The notes under the pieces: model-generated
What the model was told of the DNA's origin: nothing
Databases searched by the model: none
Seen by the model: only the letters and a program-made list of their open reading frames with translations
Shown: piece by piece, positions 18,925 to 28,071 of the stretch
Layout of the letters: each line of letters opens with the position of its first letter
Position numbering within the stretch: position 1 is the first letter of the stretch
Made by a program: the position numbers and the translations under genes
Assembly (NCBI GenBank): GCA_027729925.1
Contig: JAQCEB010000003.1
Coordinates: 2,996 to 66,995, forward strand
DNA from: Actinomycetota bacterium
GTDB taxonomy: Bacteria; Actinomycetota; Acidimicrobiia; Actinomarinales; Actinomarinaceae
Reading direction: 5' to 3'
DNA length: 64,000 bases

Positions 18925-19530
18925 TTAGTAAATAATACAGTAATTTCCCTCATCGCAGTTAATTTTTATCAATCTTTCAATTGATTCATTACGTAATGTA
19001 CTAGTTGAACCAAAATTAATATTTTTATTTTGAAGATTCCATTTAGCTCCAGAAATGTTTAAATTTTTAATATTAGATAGTGGAAGTAAACTGAAAACTT
19101 GATGTAAATCTATTTCAATTGATTTGGGATTAAATACGATTTTTTGCTTTCCGTAAAACCAGGTTATTTTATTTGAGAATTTACTAATTGAAATTGTAAT
19201 AAATATGGAAAGCAAATGGTCAATTTCACCATTTTCACCTCCAATTATATCTATTGATTGAATTTCAAATTTTGAAACATAATCCATTGCAATTTCAAAA
19301 TCAGTTTGATCTTTATCTTTTGGATATTTAATTATTTCAATATTATTTTTGACTGATTCATTGAGTAAAATTTTATCAATTGAATCTAAGTCTCCAATTA
19401 TCAAATCAGGAGATACCGAAATTTTATTTAAATGTTTTATACCACTATCAACAGCTATTATTTTTTCATATTCTATTTTTTGTTTTATATCAGAAGAACA
19501 TTTTCCTCCAATTGACATTAATATTTTCAT
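18925..19530 (-). CDS. thiN: Thiamine pyrophosphokinase
   Basis: 201 aa. TPK catalytic motif LIIGDLDS plus a C-terminal thiamine-binding beta domain. The stop abuts the convergent ACAD stop with 0 nt spacing. Confidence 0.75.
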   Translation of the reverse strand: MKILMSIGGKCSSDIKQKIEYEKIIAVDSGIKHLNKISVSPDLIIGDLDSIDKILLNESVKNNIEIIKYPKDKDQTDFEIAMDYVSKFEIQSIDIIGGENGEIDHLLSIFITISISKFSNKITWFYGKQKIVFNPKSIEIDLHQVFSLLPLSNIKNLNISGAKWNLQNKNINFGSTSTLRNESIERLIKINCDEGNYCIIY

Positions 19531-19603
19531 TACACTTTCATCTTAATAATCAATTTATCACTATATATTTCTCACATAACACAGTTTGGTTAAGATATTT
19601 ATC

Positions 19604-20230
19604 ATGAGCAATGAATATAATTTTAAAATTGGTGAAGAAGCTGTAAAAACTATTATAGAGTTAAGAGATAAAGAACCCGGAGACAAAGAATATGCTTTGT
19701 TCTTACAAATAGATGGAGTTCATGGCAATCAATTCACATACGATTTAAGTTTTTTAGATATTAATCAAGCACGAACAGATGACTTAAGACTAGATTTTGG
19801 AAATTTACCAGTAATTATAGCGTCTAAGGATATTGATAAATTCGATGGCGCTAGCCTTGATATGTCAGATGATGAGTTTGCTCCAGGCTTAACTATGGAT
19901 AATCCAAATACTCCTAGTCCTGCAATGATAGGGAATCCTGCAGATTTGCCGGAATTAAAAGGTGAGTTAGCAGAAAAAGTTCAAGCTGTGCTTGAGAATC
20001 AAATAAATCCAGCAATTGCATCACACGGTGGAGCTGCACAATTAATTGGAGTTGAAGGTAATGATATTTATTTAAGACTTGGTGGTGGTTGTCAAGGTTG
20101 TGGTATGGCACAAGTTACACTTTCGCAGGGAATTGAAGCATCTCTCAGACAAGCTGTTCCTGAAATAGGTAATATTATTGATGCAACTGACCATGCAGCA
20201 GGTGAAAATCCTTATTTTGCTTCACACTAA
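19604..20230 (+). CDS. NfuA-like Fe-S cluster carrier (Cys-less A-type domain + NifU C-terminal domain)
   Basis: The probable start is ATG 19604 (MSNEYNF...), while the longest ORF runs from TTG 19586. The C-terminal Nfu domain carries GGCQGCG. Confidence 0.78.
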   Translation: MSNEYNFKIGEEAVKTIIELRDKEPGDKEYALFLQIDGVHGNQFTYDLSFLDINQARTDDLRLDFGNLPVIIASKDIDKFDGASLDMSDDEFAPGLTMDNPNTPSPAMIGNPADLPELKGELAEKVQAVLENQINPAIASHGGAAQLIGVEGNDIYLRLGGGCQGCGMAQVTLSQGIEASLRQAVPEIGNIIDATDHAAGENPYFASH

Positions 20231-21198
20231 AACTTAATAACTGATTTACCTATATTTTTCCTAGATAGAAAGCTTTCAAGAGCTAAATAAGTTTGTTCTA
20301 AATTAAAAATATTTTTTGGAACAATATCTAATTTTCCCTCGTTAACATAACTAACTAATTCTTGAAAATCTTCTGCTGTTTCATGAGGAGATGTATTAGT
20401 CCAACGGCCCCACCAAACACCGACAATTGAAACACCTTTTACCAGTGTTAAATTTAATGAAATTTTTGGTATTTCTCCATTAGCGAATCCAATTACTAAA
20501 AGTCGTCCATTAAATGCTGTAGCTCTTAATGCTTGCTCAGTAGCATTTCCACCAACAGGGTCTATAACTATGTCAACCCCCTTACCTTCAGTTAAATCTT
20601 TTACTGCTTCCTTTAAATCAACTTTGTCATACCTAATAATTTCATTGCTACCAAGACTCTTTACATAATCTGCTTTTTCATCCGATCCAACTGCAGAAAT
20701 AATTTTTAAACCCATAATTTTAGCCAATTGAATAGAAGCAGTACCTATTCCACCAGAAGCTCCAAGAACTAATAGTGTTTCACCATTTTTAGCGTTTGCT
20801 CTTCTTTTAAGTGCATAATATGAAGTTCCATAATTTATAGGTAAGCTTGCACCAGCAAGAGAGTCAAACTCATTGTTAACTGGTATTACTAAATTTTTAT
20901 TTACACTTACATATTCAGCAAAACCGCCAATTGTTGGAATACCAATTACTTTTGTGCCAATAGGTAACTTAACTTTTTCACCAATTTCTTCTATATATCC
21001 ACAAACTTCATTTCCAGGTACAAAAGGTGGTTCCATAACGATTTGATATTTACCTTGAACTAGAAGTGCATCTGGAAAATTTACCCCTGCTGCCTCAACT
21101 TTTATTAATACTTCATTTTCAGAAATATTTGGTTTATTGTACTCTTTGACTTCTAAAAGTTTTGGGTCACCCAACTGGGTACAAACAACTGCTTTCAC
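20227..21198 (-). CDS. qor: NADPH:quinone oxidoreductase (MDR superfamily)
   Basis: 323 aa. GroES-like N-terminal domain plus the nucleotide-binding motif LGASGGIGTASIQLAK. Confidence 0.8.
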   Translation of the reverse strand: MKAVVCTQLGDPKLLEVKEYNKPNISENEVLIKVEAAGVNFPDALLVQGKYQIVMEPPFVPGNEVCGYIEEIGEKVKLPIGTKVIGIPTIGGFAEYVSVNKNLVIPVNNEFDSLAGASLPINYGTSYYALKRRANAKNGETLLVLGASGGIGTASIQLAKIMGLKIISAVGSDEKADYVKSLGSNEIIRYDKVDLKEAVKDLTEGKGVDIVIDPVGGNATEQALRATAFNGRLLVIGFANGEIPKISLNLTLVKGVSIVGVWWGRWTNTSPHETAEDFQELVSYVNEGKLDIVPKNIFNLEQTYLALESFLSRKNIGKSVIKF

Positions 21199-21246
21199 TT
21201 AGTTACTCCTAATTTAGTAAAGAAACCTAAAAATAAAATTCGTAAT

Positions 21247-22425
21247 TTAAATAACCTCAAAAAGGCCGGCTGCTCCCATTCCGCCACCAACACACATTGT
21301 AACAACAACATATTTAGCACCTCTACGCTTACCCTCCATAAGTGCATGCATAGTCATTCTTGCACCAGTCATACCATAAGGATGGCCTATAGATATTGAT
21401 CCACCATTTACATTGTAAATTTCGTTATCAATTCCTAAATAATCTCTACAATAAAGAGCTTGAACTGCAAATGCTTCGTTTAGTTCCCAGAGACCTATGT
21501 CGTCAATAGTTAAATTAAATCTCTCTAATAATTTTGGAACAGCATAGATCGGACCAATACCCATTTCTTCTGGAGCAAGCCCAGCAACTGCCATCCCTCT
21601 GTAGTAGCCAAGTGGAGTAAGCCCTTTTTTTTCAGCAACTTTAGATTCCATAATAACAACTGCTGCTGAGCCATCAGATAATTGAGAAGCATTTCCTGCA
21701 GTGATGAACTTACCTTCTCCATAAACTGGCACTAAAGTCGATAATCCCTCTAAATTAGTTTCTGGTCTATTACCTTCATCTTTCTCTAAAGTGACCTCTA
21801 GTTCAGAAATTTCTCCAGTAACTTTATCTTTTACTAATTTAGATGTGGTTGTTGTAATTATTTCATCCTTAAATAATCCTGCTTCCTGTGCGGTAGCTGT
21901 TCTAAGCTGACTTTGTAATGAATACTCATCTTGACTTTCTCTTGTTATGTTGTATTTAGAGGCTACTAAATCAGCAGTTTCAATCATTGGCATATAAGCA
22001 TGTTTTGCATTGTTAGTTACCTGGGAGTCAATTTCTAATCTCATTTCAGCTGTCTGAACTAGAGAAATAGATTCAACACCACCAGCAACAATAACATCCA
22101 TATTATCTGTGATAATTTGTTTTGAGGCTGTAGCAATTGCCATCATACCAGATGAACATTGTCTATCAATAGTCATACCTGAAACAGTGTGTGGTAAGCC
22201 TGCAGCAATTCCAGCTAACCTACCAATGTTTAAAGCTTGAGATCCTTGTTGTTGAGCGCAACCTAAAACTACATCATCTATTTCAGCTGGATCTATTCCA
22301 GCTCTCTTTACTGCTTCAGTAATTGAATATGAAGCTAAAGTTGGTGCAGCTGTTTTGTTATATGCACCTCTATATGCTTTACCAATTGGAGTCCTCGCTG
22401 CTGATACAATTACTGCTTCTCTCAT
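21247..22425 (-). CDS. Acetyl-CoA C-acyl/acetyltransferase (thiolase)
   Basis: 392 aa. Thiolase active-site regions [21 protein letters not shown] and [10 protein letters not shown]. Confidence 0.93.
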   Translation of the reverse strand: MREAVIVSAARTPIGKAYRGAYNKTAAPTLASYSITEAVKRAGIDPAEIDDVVLGCAQQQGSQALNIGRLAGIAAGLPHTVSGMTIDRQCSSGMMAIATASKQIITDNMDVIVAGGVESISLVQTAEMRLEIDSQVTNNAKHAYMPMIETADLVASKYNITRESQDEYSLQSQLRTATAQEAGLFKDEIITTTTSKLVKDKVTGEISELEVTLEKDEGNRPETNLEGLSTLVPVYGEGKFITAGNASQLSDGSAAVVIMESKVAEKKGLTPLGYYRGMAVAGLAPEEMGIGPIYAVPKLLERFNLTIDDIGLWELNEAFAVQALYCRDYLGIDNEIYNVNGGSISIGHPYGMTGARMTMHALMEGKRRGAKYVVVTMCVGGGMGAAGLFEVI

Positions 22426-22435
22426 ATTTTCCTCA

Positions 22436-22897
22436 CTATTCTTGTACTATATAAAGACTTAATGCTTCAACTACAGCAGCTGGTTTTTCTTTTCCTTCTA
22501 TTTCAATTGTTATAGTAGATTTTAACAACCAGCGTCCGTTTTTTTTGTACTGTACATCTGATAAAACAAATCTTCCTCGAATTTTACTATTAACTGGAAC
22601 TGCCTCCATAAATCGAACTTTGTCAACACCGTAATTTACAGCCATTTGCACTTTTTCTGGCATAAATCCAACTTCTGCTGACATAAACGAAACCAGGCTT
22701 AAAGTTAAATATCCATGTGCAATAGTTGTTCCCCAAGGAGTTGCTTTTGCCATTTCTTCATCAACATGAATAAACTGATGATCATTTGTTGCTTCAGCAA
22801 ACTGGTTTATTCTTTCTTGGGTTATTTCAATCCAATTTGAAACTCCTGTTTCTTGACCTATATATTTTTCAAGCTCATTTGCTGGAACAATATTCAT
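22436..22897 (-). CDS. MaoC-like (R)-specific enoyl-CoA hydratase
   Basis: 153-aa hot-dog fold protein with the MaoC motif region [26 protein letters not shown]. Confidence 0.85.
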   Translation of the reverse strand: MNIVPANELEKYIGQETGVSNWIEITQERINQFAEATNDHQFIHVDEEMAKATPWGTTIAHGYLTLSLVSFMSAEVGFMPEKVQMAVNYGVDKVRFMEAVPVNSKIRGRFVLSDVQYKKNGRWLLKSTITIEIEGKEKPAAVVEALSLYIVQE

Positions 22898-23910
22898 AAT
22901 ATCTCCTTTAAAAGATTTGGGTTCGAAGCTTTTTTAGCAAACATCAAAGTACTGTTTCCAAATTCTTCGATTTCTTTTTTATTTACTTCTCCATAATAAC
23001 CAAGTGAGTATCTTACGTAGACACCCTCCATAATCATTGCATGTTTCCAAAATGATAGTCGAATAAAATATTCGATATTTCTTAAGTCAGAATTTGTATT
23101 CTTTTCATACTCTTCTAATAGTGAATTTCTATCAATAAATCCACTAGATAGAGTTGGAGCATTAATAAATGGAGTATCAATTTCATCTAAATTGCTCCAT
23201 GAAGCAATCACGGTTCCTAAATCTGCAAGTGAATCTCCAATAGTGCAAAGCTCCCAGTCTAAAATAGCTGCTACAGAATTGTTTGATATTCTAACATTAT
23301 CAAGTCTGTAATCTCCATGCACAATAGAGGTTCTTAACTGAGTTGGTATATTTTCAAAAAGCATTTTTGTTGCAAGATTTAAATCTTTTAGTTCTCTAAC
23401 TTTTTGTGCTTCAAGTTGTTTACTCCATCGGGACAGTTGACGTTCAATATAATTTTCATGCTTTCCTAAATTTTTCAATTCTGTTTCCTGAAATCTAAAA
23501 TTATGTAATTGAGCAAGAGATTGGATAAATGAATTTGAAATTTTTACTTTTTCTTCTGAAGTAAATTTGTTTGCAACGAAGTTATCTGCAATAGTAACAC
23601 CATCAATAAACTCCATAATATAAAAATCTGAATCTGAGTGTACATTCTTATTTGTGAAAAAAATAGGTTTTGCGACAGGTATATTTGTTTTTGATAATTC
23701 TGATATTATGTTAAATTCTCTTTGCATATTATGAGCAGATTCTAAAATTTTTCCAAAAGGTGGTCGACGCAAGACATAAGAATTACTATCGTCGAATATT
23801 TTATAGGTTATATTTGACCTTCCAACTTTGAATTGCTCATACTCAAATTCTTTCTCGATCTCAATATTTGACGAAATAAATTCTCTTAAAGAATCTGTGA
23901 AATAATCCAT
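22894..23910 (-). CDS. APH/ChoK-family phosphotransferase (ACAD10/11 N-terminal kinase-like, LvaA-like)
   Basis: 338 aa. Kinase catalytic loop HGDYRLDNV and ILDWELCTIGD. 4-nt overlap with the maoC-like gene, and divergent from the FadE2-type ACAD. Confidence 0.8.
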   Translation of the reverse strand: MDYFTDSLREFISSNIEIEKEFEYEQFKVGRSNITYKIFDDSNSYVLRRPPFGKILESAHNMQREFNIISELSKTNIPVAKPIFFTNKNVHSDSDFYIMEFIDGVTIADNFVANKFTSEEKVKISNSFIQSLAQLHNFRFQETELKNLGKHENYIERQLSRWSKQLEAQKVRELKDLNLATKMLFENIPTQLRTSIVHGDYRLDNVRISNNSVAAILDWELCTIGDSLADLGTVIASWSNLDEIDTPFINAPTLSSGFIDRNSLLEEYEKNTNSDLRNIEYFIRLSFWKHAMIMEGVYVRYSLGYYGEVNKKEIEEFGNSTLMFAKKASNPNLLKEIL

Positions 23911-23968
23911 TAATAAATATCATAAGAAAAATTTATCAACCACTCAAGTAAATTGATAGAATTGAGTA

Positions 23969-25174
23969 ATGGATTTCAATTTTTCAAAAGTATCTTTAGA
24001 GTTACAAAACAGATTGAATCAATTTTTTGATGATTATATTTTTCCTAATGAAATTGAATATGATAAACAAATTATTGAATCAGGAAATTCACTTTATATC
24101 CCGCCAATTTTGGAAGATTTAAAAAATGAAGCAAAAAATCAAAAACTTTGGAATTTATTTCTACCTAACAAAAAATATGGTCCCGGTCTTTCTAATGTTG
24201 ATTATGCACCTCTAGCAGAGAAGATGGGACAAGTATGGTGGGCTTCTGAAGTTTTTAATTGCTCTGCTCCAGACACTGGAAATATGGAAATATTAGCTGA
24301 ATTTGGTACTCAAGATCAGATTGAGGAATGGTTAATACCTTTACTTAATGGAGAAATTAGATCATGTTTTGCAATGACTGAACCAGATGTTGCTTCCTCT
24401 GATGCAACAAATATTTCAAGTTCAATTGAATCTGATGGTGATAATTATGTTATAAATGGAAAAAAATGGTGGACTTCTAATGCTATTAATCCAAATGCAA
24501 AAATATGTATATTCATGGGCGTAACAAATCCTGAAAACCCTCCACATACTAGACAAAGTCAAGTTCTAGTTCCGATGTCTAGTAAAGGAATTACTATCAA
24601 AAGACCTATGACAGTATTTGGTTATGACGATGGATACACTGGACATCCAGAAATACTATTTGATAATGTAGTTGTTCCTAAATCTAATATTATTGGTTCT
24701 GAAGGAATGGGTTTTAAAATAGCACAAGCAAGACTAGGTCCTGGCAGAATTCACCACTGCATGAGATCTATTGGTATGGCAGAGAGAGCTTTAAAACTTA
24801 TGATTCAAAGAGTTGAGAATAGAGAAACCTTTGGTTCGAAGATATCAGATCAAGGTGTTGTTCAAAATTGGATAGCAAAATCAAGAATAAAAATAGAACA
24901 AGCAAGGTTGCTAACTTTAAAAACCGCTTGGTTAATTGATACTGTTGGGAAAGAACAAGCAAAAATTGAAATTTCAGCAATTAAAGTTGCAGTAGTAGAA
25001 GCAGCCTCATATGTAATTGATAAAGCAATTCAAGCTCATGGCGCAATGGGAGTTTCACAGGATACTCCACTTGCTAGAATGGCAGCTGGTGCAAGAGTTC
25101 TAAGAATTGCAGATGGACCAGACGAAGTGCATTTAAGATCAATAGCTAAAAGAGAAATTAACAAATATAGATGA
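23969..25174 (+). CDS. Acyl-CoA dehydrogenase, FadE2 / ACAD10-ACAD11 C-terminal type
   Basis: 401 aa with CFAMTEPDVASSDATNI, KWWTSNA and IADGPDEVH, characteristic of this ACAD subfamily. Confidence 0.85.
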   Translation: MDFNFSKVSLELQNRLNQFFDDYIFPNEIEYDKQIIESGNSLYIPPILEDLKNEAKNQKLWNLFLPNKKYGPGLSNVDYAPLAEKMGQVWWASEVFNCSAPDTGNMEILAEFGTQDQIEEWLIPLLNGEIRSCFAMTEPDVASSDATNISSSIESDGDNYVINGKKWWTSNAINPNAKICIFMGVTNPENPPHTRQSQVLVPMSSKGITIKRPMTVFGYDDGYTGHPEILFDNVVVPKSNIIGSEGMGFKIAQARLGPGRIHHCMRSIGMAERALKLMIQRVENRETFGSKISDQGVVQNWIAKSRIKIEQARLLTLKTAWLIDTVGKEQAKIEISAIKVAVVEAASYVIDKAIQAHGAMGVSQDTPLARMAAGARVLRIADGPDEVHLRSIAKREINKYR

Positions 25175-26031
25175 TAGAAAAAATATTTGTTATTGGTGGT
25201 GGACAAATGGGAAGCCAAATAGCAGCGTTATCAGCAATTGCTGGTTATGAAACATCTATTTTTGACAGTGATGTAGAGAACCTAAAAAATAAAATAAAAT
25301 TTTCAGATCAAAATATTAAAAATTTGGTTTCTAAGCACAAATTTTCTGAAGAACAATATGATTCTTTTCAGAAAAATTTAAAAATTGTGGAAAACATTGA
25401 GGAACCTTTAAACGAAACTACTTTCCTGATAGAAGCTGTAGTAGAAAAATACGAAGTTAAAAATGAGATTTTTAAAAATATTTCTAAAAAATTAGACAAA
25501 TCAGTTGTTATAGCATCAAACAGCTCTTTTTTACCTGCTTCAGAATTATCAATTGATTGCGATTATCCCGAAAGATTTATCAATATGCATTTCTTCTATC
25601 CACCATTACGAATGGATTTAATTGAAATTTCATATCCATCTAATTTTTCAAAAGAAATCTTAGAAAGAACTGTCAAAGTTAGTAAAAATATGGGAAGAAC
25701 AGTAGTTGTTTTAAAAAAAGAAACCCCAGGATTTATAGTAAATAGAATGCTATCCGCACTTATTGATGAGGCTTATCAACTTTATGATGAAGGAATTGCA
25801 GATTTTGAAGATATCGATATTGCAATTAAAAAAGGTTTGAATCATCCACTTGGTCCTTTTGAATTGTCCGATTATTCAGGTTTAGATATTTACTATTATT
25901 CAAAATTAAAACAATTTAATGAAACTCAAAAAGAGAAAGACAGACCTAAAACTTTTATAGAAGAAAAAGTTAAGAAAGGTGAGTTAGGTGTTAAGACCGG
26001 TAAAGGTTTTTATGACTACAAGAATGACTAA
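25171..26031 (+). CDS. 3-hydroxyacyl-CoA (3-hydroxybutyryl-CoA) dehydrogenase
   Basis: 286 aa. GGGQMGSQIA Rossmann motif, with NSSFLP, HFFYPP and PGFIVNRM. 4-nt overlap with the upstream ACAD. Confidence 0.88.
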   Translation: MIEKIFVIGGGQMGSQIAALSAIAGYETSIFDSDVENLKNKIKFSDQNIKNLVSKHKFSEEQYDSFQKNLKIVENIEEPLNETTFLIEAVVEKYEVKNEIFKNISKKLDKSVVIASNSSFLPASELSIDCDYPERFINMHFFYPPLRMDLIEISYPSNFSKEILERTVKVSKNMGRTVVVLKKETPGFIVNRMLSALIDEAYQLYDEGIADFEDIDIAIKKGLNHPLGPFELSDYSGLDIYYYSKLKQFNETQKEKDRPKTFIEEKVKKGELGVKTGKGFYDYKND

Positions 26032-26438
26032 TTAAAATCATCATCTTTAAGATTAAACTGAACTTCTTTTTCTGGTTTAATGACTAATACTACTCTTTCT
26101 GTTTGAATTTCAAAAGGATATGGCTTATTCCAATACTTTTCTGATAACTTATCTATATTTGCTCTTGCTTCTGAGCCTCTTATTTCATCAATTATTTTTC
26201 CCCTGACTTCAACAAATTTAAATGGATTATCATGTTTCCAAATCATTACAGTGACTCTTGGGTCAAGTTTTGTATTCTTGTACTTTATTCTGTGAATTTC
26301 AGTATTAATCAAAATGTTTTGGCCATCTGTATCAACCCACATCACATGAGTTTGTGGTGTGCCATTTGTAAATAATGTAGTAAAAGCACAGTAATTTGGT
26401 TCACCTGCCATAAGTATTGTTTTGTTGTCTAGTTTCAT
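26028..26438 (-). CDS. PPOX-class (pyridoxamine-5'-phosphate oxidase fold) protein, possibly F420-dependent
   Basis: 136 aa with a split-barrel pattern (AFTTLFTNGTPQTHVMWV...DPRVTVMIW...FVEVRGKI). The cofactor assignment is inference. Confidence 0.65.
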   Translation of the reverse strand: MKLDNKTILMAGEPNYCAFTTLFTNGTPQTHVMWVDTDGQNILINTEIHRIKYKNTKLDPRVTVMIWKHDNPFKFVEVRGKIIDEIRGSEARANIDKLSEKYWNKPYPFEIQTERVVLVIKPEKEVQFNLKDDDFN

Positions 26439-26455
26439 GTGTTAAATTATAGTTT

Positions 26456-26917
26456 ATGAAAGTAGTTTTACAGAGAGTGAAAAGTGCATTTGTTGAAGTT
26501 GAAAATAAAACTATTTCTGAAATTAACAGAGGTTATCTAACTTTTTGGGGTATCGAGGAAAATGATACAACTGAAGACTATGAAGCATTGATAAAAAAAA
26601 TTTTGAACCTAAGAATATTTTCAGATAATGATGGAAAAATGAATAAATCGATACTCGATGTAGAAGGAGAAATTTTAGTAGTTAGTCAATTTACTCTTGC
26701 AGCTAGTTATATAAAAGGTAACAGACCTTCATTTATTAAAGCAAAAAATCCTCAAGAAGCTGACAAAATGATCAGAGAAATTATTAATGAATTTTCGAAA
26801 AATATTACTACAAAACAAGGAAGCTTTGGAGCTTCAATGCAAGTTGGGTTAGTTAATGACGGCCCAGTAACATTTATTTTATCTTCAATCAATGGAAAGT
26901 TAGAAGAAATAAATTAG
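26456..26917 (+). CDS. dtd: D-aminoacyl-tRNA deacylase
   Basis: 153 aa with the motifs SQFTLAA and NDGPVTF. Confidence 0.93.
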   Translation: MKVVLQRVKSAFVEVENKTISEINRGYLTFWGIEENDTTEDYEALIKKILNLRIFSDNDGKMNKSILDVEGEILVVSQFTLAASYIKGNRPSFIKAKNPQEADKMIREIINEFSKNITTKQGSFGASMQVGLVNDGPVTFILSSINGKLEEIN

Positions 26918-27342
26918 GCAGATTGTAAATCTATTTTTTTAATATAACTTTTTTTTTCTAATTTTTTGTCCAAATAGTATTCTTCCCCAGCCCACAAATG
27001 CAAACCCAATCCTAATTTCATTGCACATCTTTTGAAGGAATCAGACTCAGCATGTTTTGCATTAGATCCATCGGTACCTTGATCATGTTCTACATCCCCA
27101 ATCGAAGTAACGGTTACAAGCTTACCGTCAATGTCTACTGTTAATTTACCAAAGCAACCTACAACTTTACCAGAAGATTCTTGTCTTATTAGTTCAACAA
27201 CTTCCCAATTAAATGGTCCACAAACCTCTAATAATCTTTGAGTTATAACTGGGTGTGGAACATAGTCTCCAAATTTTCCTTTAGGAGCTTTTTTTATCCA
27301 TTCTTTAGGAAATTTTCTAGATAGTTCATACAATTGTTTCAT
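26914..27342 (-). CDS. Rad52/Sak-like single-strand annealing protein (minimal, 142 aa)
   Basis: The N-terminal pattern FPKEWIKKAPKGKFGDYVPHPVITQRLLEVCGPFNWEV and the C-terminal KHAESDSFKRCAMKLGLGLHLW match the two signature blocks of Rad52-family annealases. GGAGAG RBS, and an ATGA overlap with the upstream ORF. Confidence 0.55.
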   Translation of the reverse strand: MKQLYELSRKFPKEWIKKAPKGKFGDYVPHPVITQRLLEVCGPFNWEVVELIRQESSGKVVGCFGKLTVDIDGKLVTVTSIGDVEHDQGTDGSNAKHAESDSFKRCAMKLGLGLHLWAGEEYYLDKKLEKKSYIKKIDLQSA

Positions 27343-27860
27343 TTTTTTCTCTCCATTTCTCCTAATTCAATTGCCCATCGAGGTGCAGTTGAATTATCAG
27401 TATTAATAACTTGAAGCTTTGGTGCTTCATCCCATACTTTTTCAATAAAGGTATCTCGTGCTAGTTGTTGATCCATACCTTTTTTTTTAGCAACAGCATC
27501 TAAACCTCTCAGCTTTGGCACAAATGTTTCACCACATATTGCTGATAGATTTTCTATCTCATCTTCTGAAAGTTTTTTATTCGTTGCCCAGTCGAGTAAT
27601 TTTTTAATATCCATAGTTTTTGATTTGTATCCTTTTGAAAAAGTAAATACTGAGTTTGAAATTTTAATTGAACCATTTTCCTCAACATCAGTAGCAATTT
27701 TACTGTCTACAAACTTGTTTATTCTAGTTGTATTATCCTTTGCATTTATTGAAACACCTCTAGCAACAAATAACTCTTTAGGATTATTTAAGCTACCAAG
27801 CTCAGTATTTTCTAGATTGTCTACATTAGATTTTGCAATATCCCAAATAATATCTTTCAA
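27339..27860 (-). CDS. Hypothetical protein (173 aa), co-operonic with the Rad52-like gene
   Basis: TTG start 6 nt after an AAGGAG RBS, with a 4-nt ATGA overlap with the downstream annealase gene. I recognised no family. Confidence 0.5.
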   Translation of the reverse strand: MKDIIWDIAKSNVDNLENTELGSLNNPKELFVARGVSINAKDNTTRINKFVDSKIATDVEENGSIKISNSVFTFSKGYKSKTMDIKKLLDWATNKKLSEDEIENLSAICGETFVPKLRGLDAVAKKKGMDQQLARDTFIEKVWDEAPKLQVINTDNSTAPRWAIELGEMERKK

Positions 27861-27874
27861 CTTATTCTCCTTTT

Positions 27875-27991
27875 TTAGGCTGCTTCATCATATATTCTAT
27901 GACAATTACAACTATCGCTATGATTTTCACATATAAAGTATGCTCTAAGACCTGCTGCTTCTAATTTTTTTAATAATTCAATTTCTTTCAT
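27875..27991 (-). CDS. Possible small Cys/His-rich protein (38 aa)
   Basis: Not in the ORF track. My translation is MKEIELLKKLEAAGLRAYFICENHSDSCNCHRIYDEAA. It ends 14 nt before the 173-aa ORF, and its stop lies just 5' of that ORF's RBS. Coding status is unproven. Confidence 0.3.
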   Translation of the reverse strand: MKEIELLKKLEAAGLRAYFICENHSDSCNCHRIYDEAA

Positions 27992-28071
27992 ATTTAAAAT
28001 TTACAGTTTAGGTATGACAAAATATTTAAAAATTTTCCAATTTCAATTAAATATTTAGATAATATTGAAAT

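Noticed and set aside
23911-23968. Imperfect inverted repeat TATCAA-N15-TTGATA between the kinase and the FadE2-type ACAD as a TetR/FadR operator
   Set aside because: It has only 6-bp AT-rich arms with a long spacer, which is within chance expectation for this composition.
26914-27991. Calling the annealase operon a prophage or genomic island
   Set aside because: There is no integrase, tRNA, direct repeats, or capsid/terminase genes. There is no compositional break, and housekeeping genes (dtd, gdh) flank it directly. I report it as a domesticated module instead.
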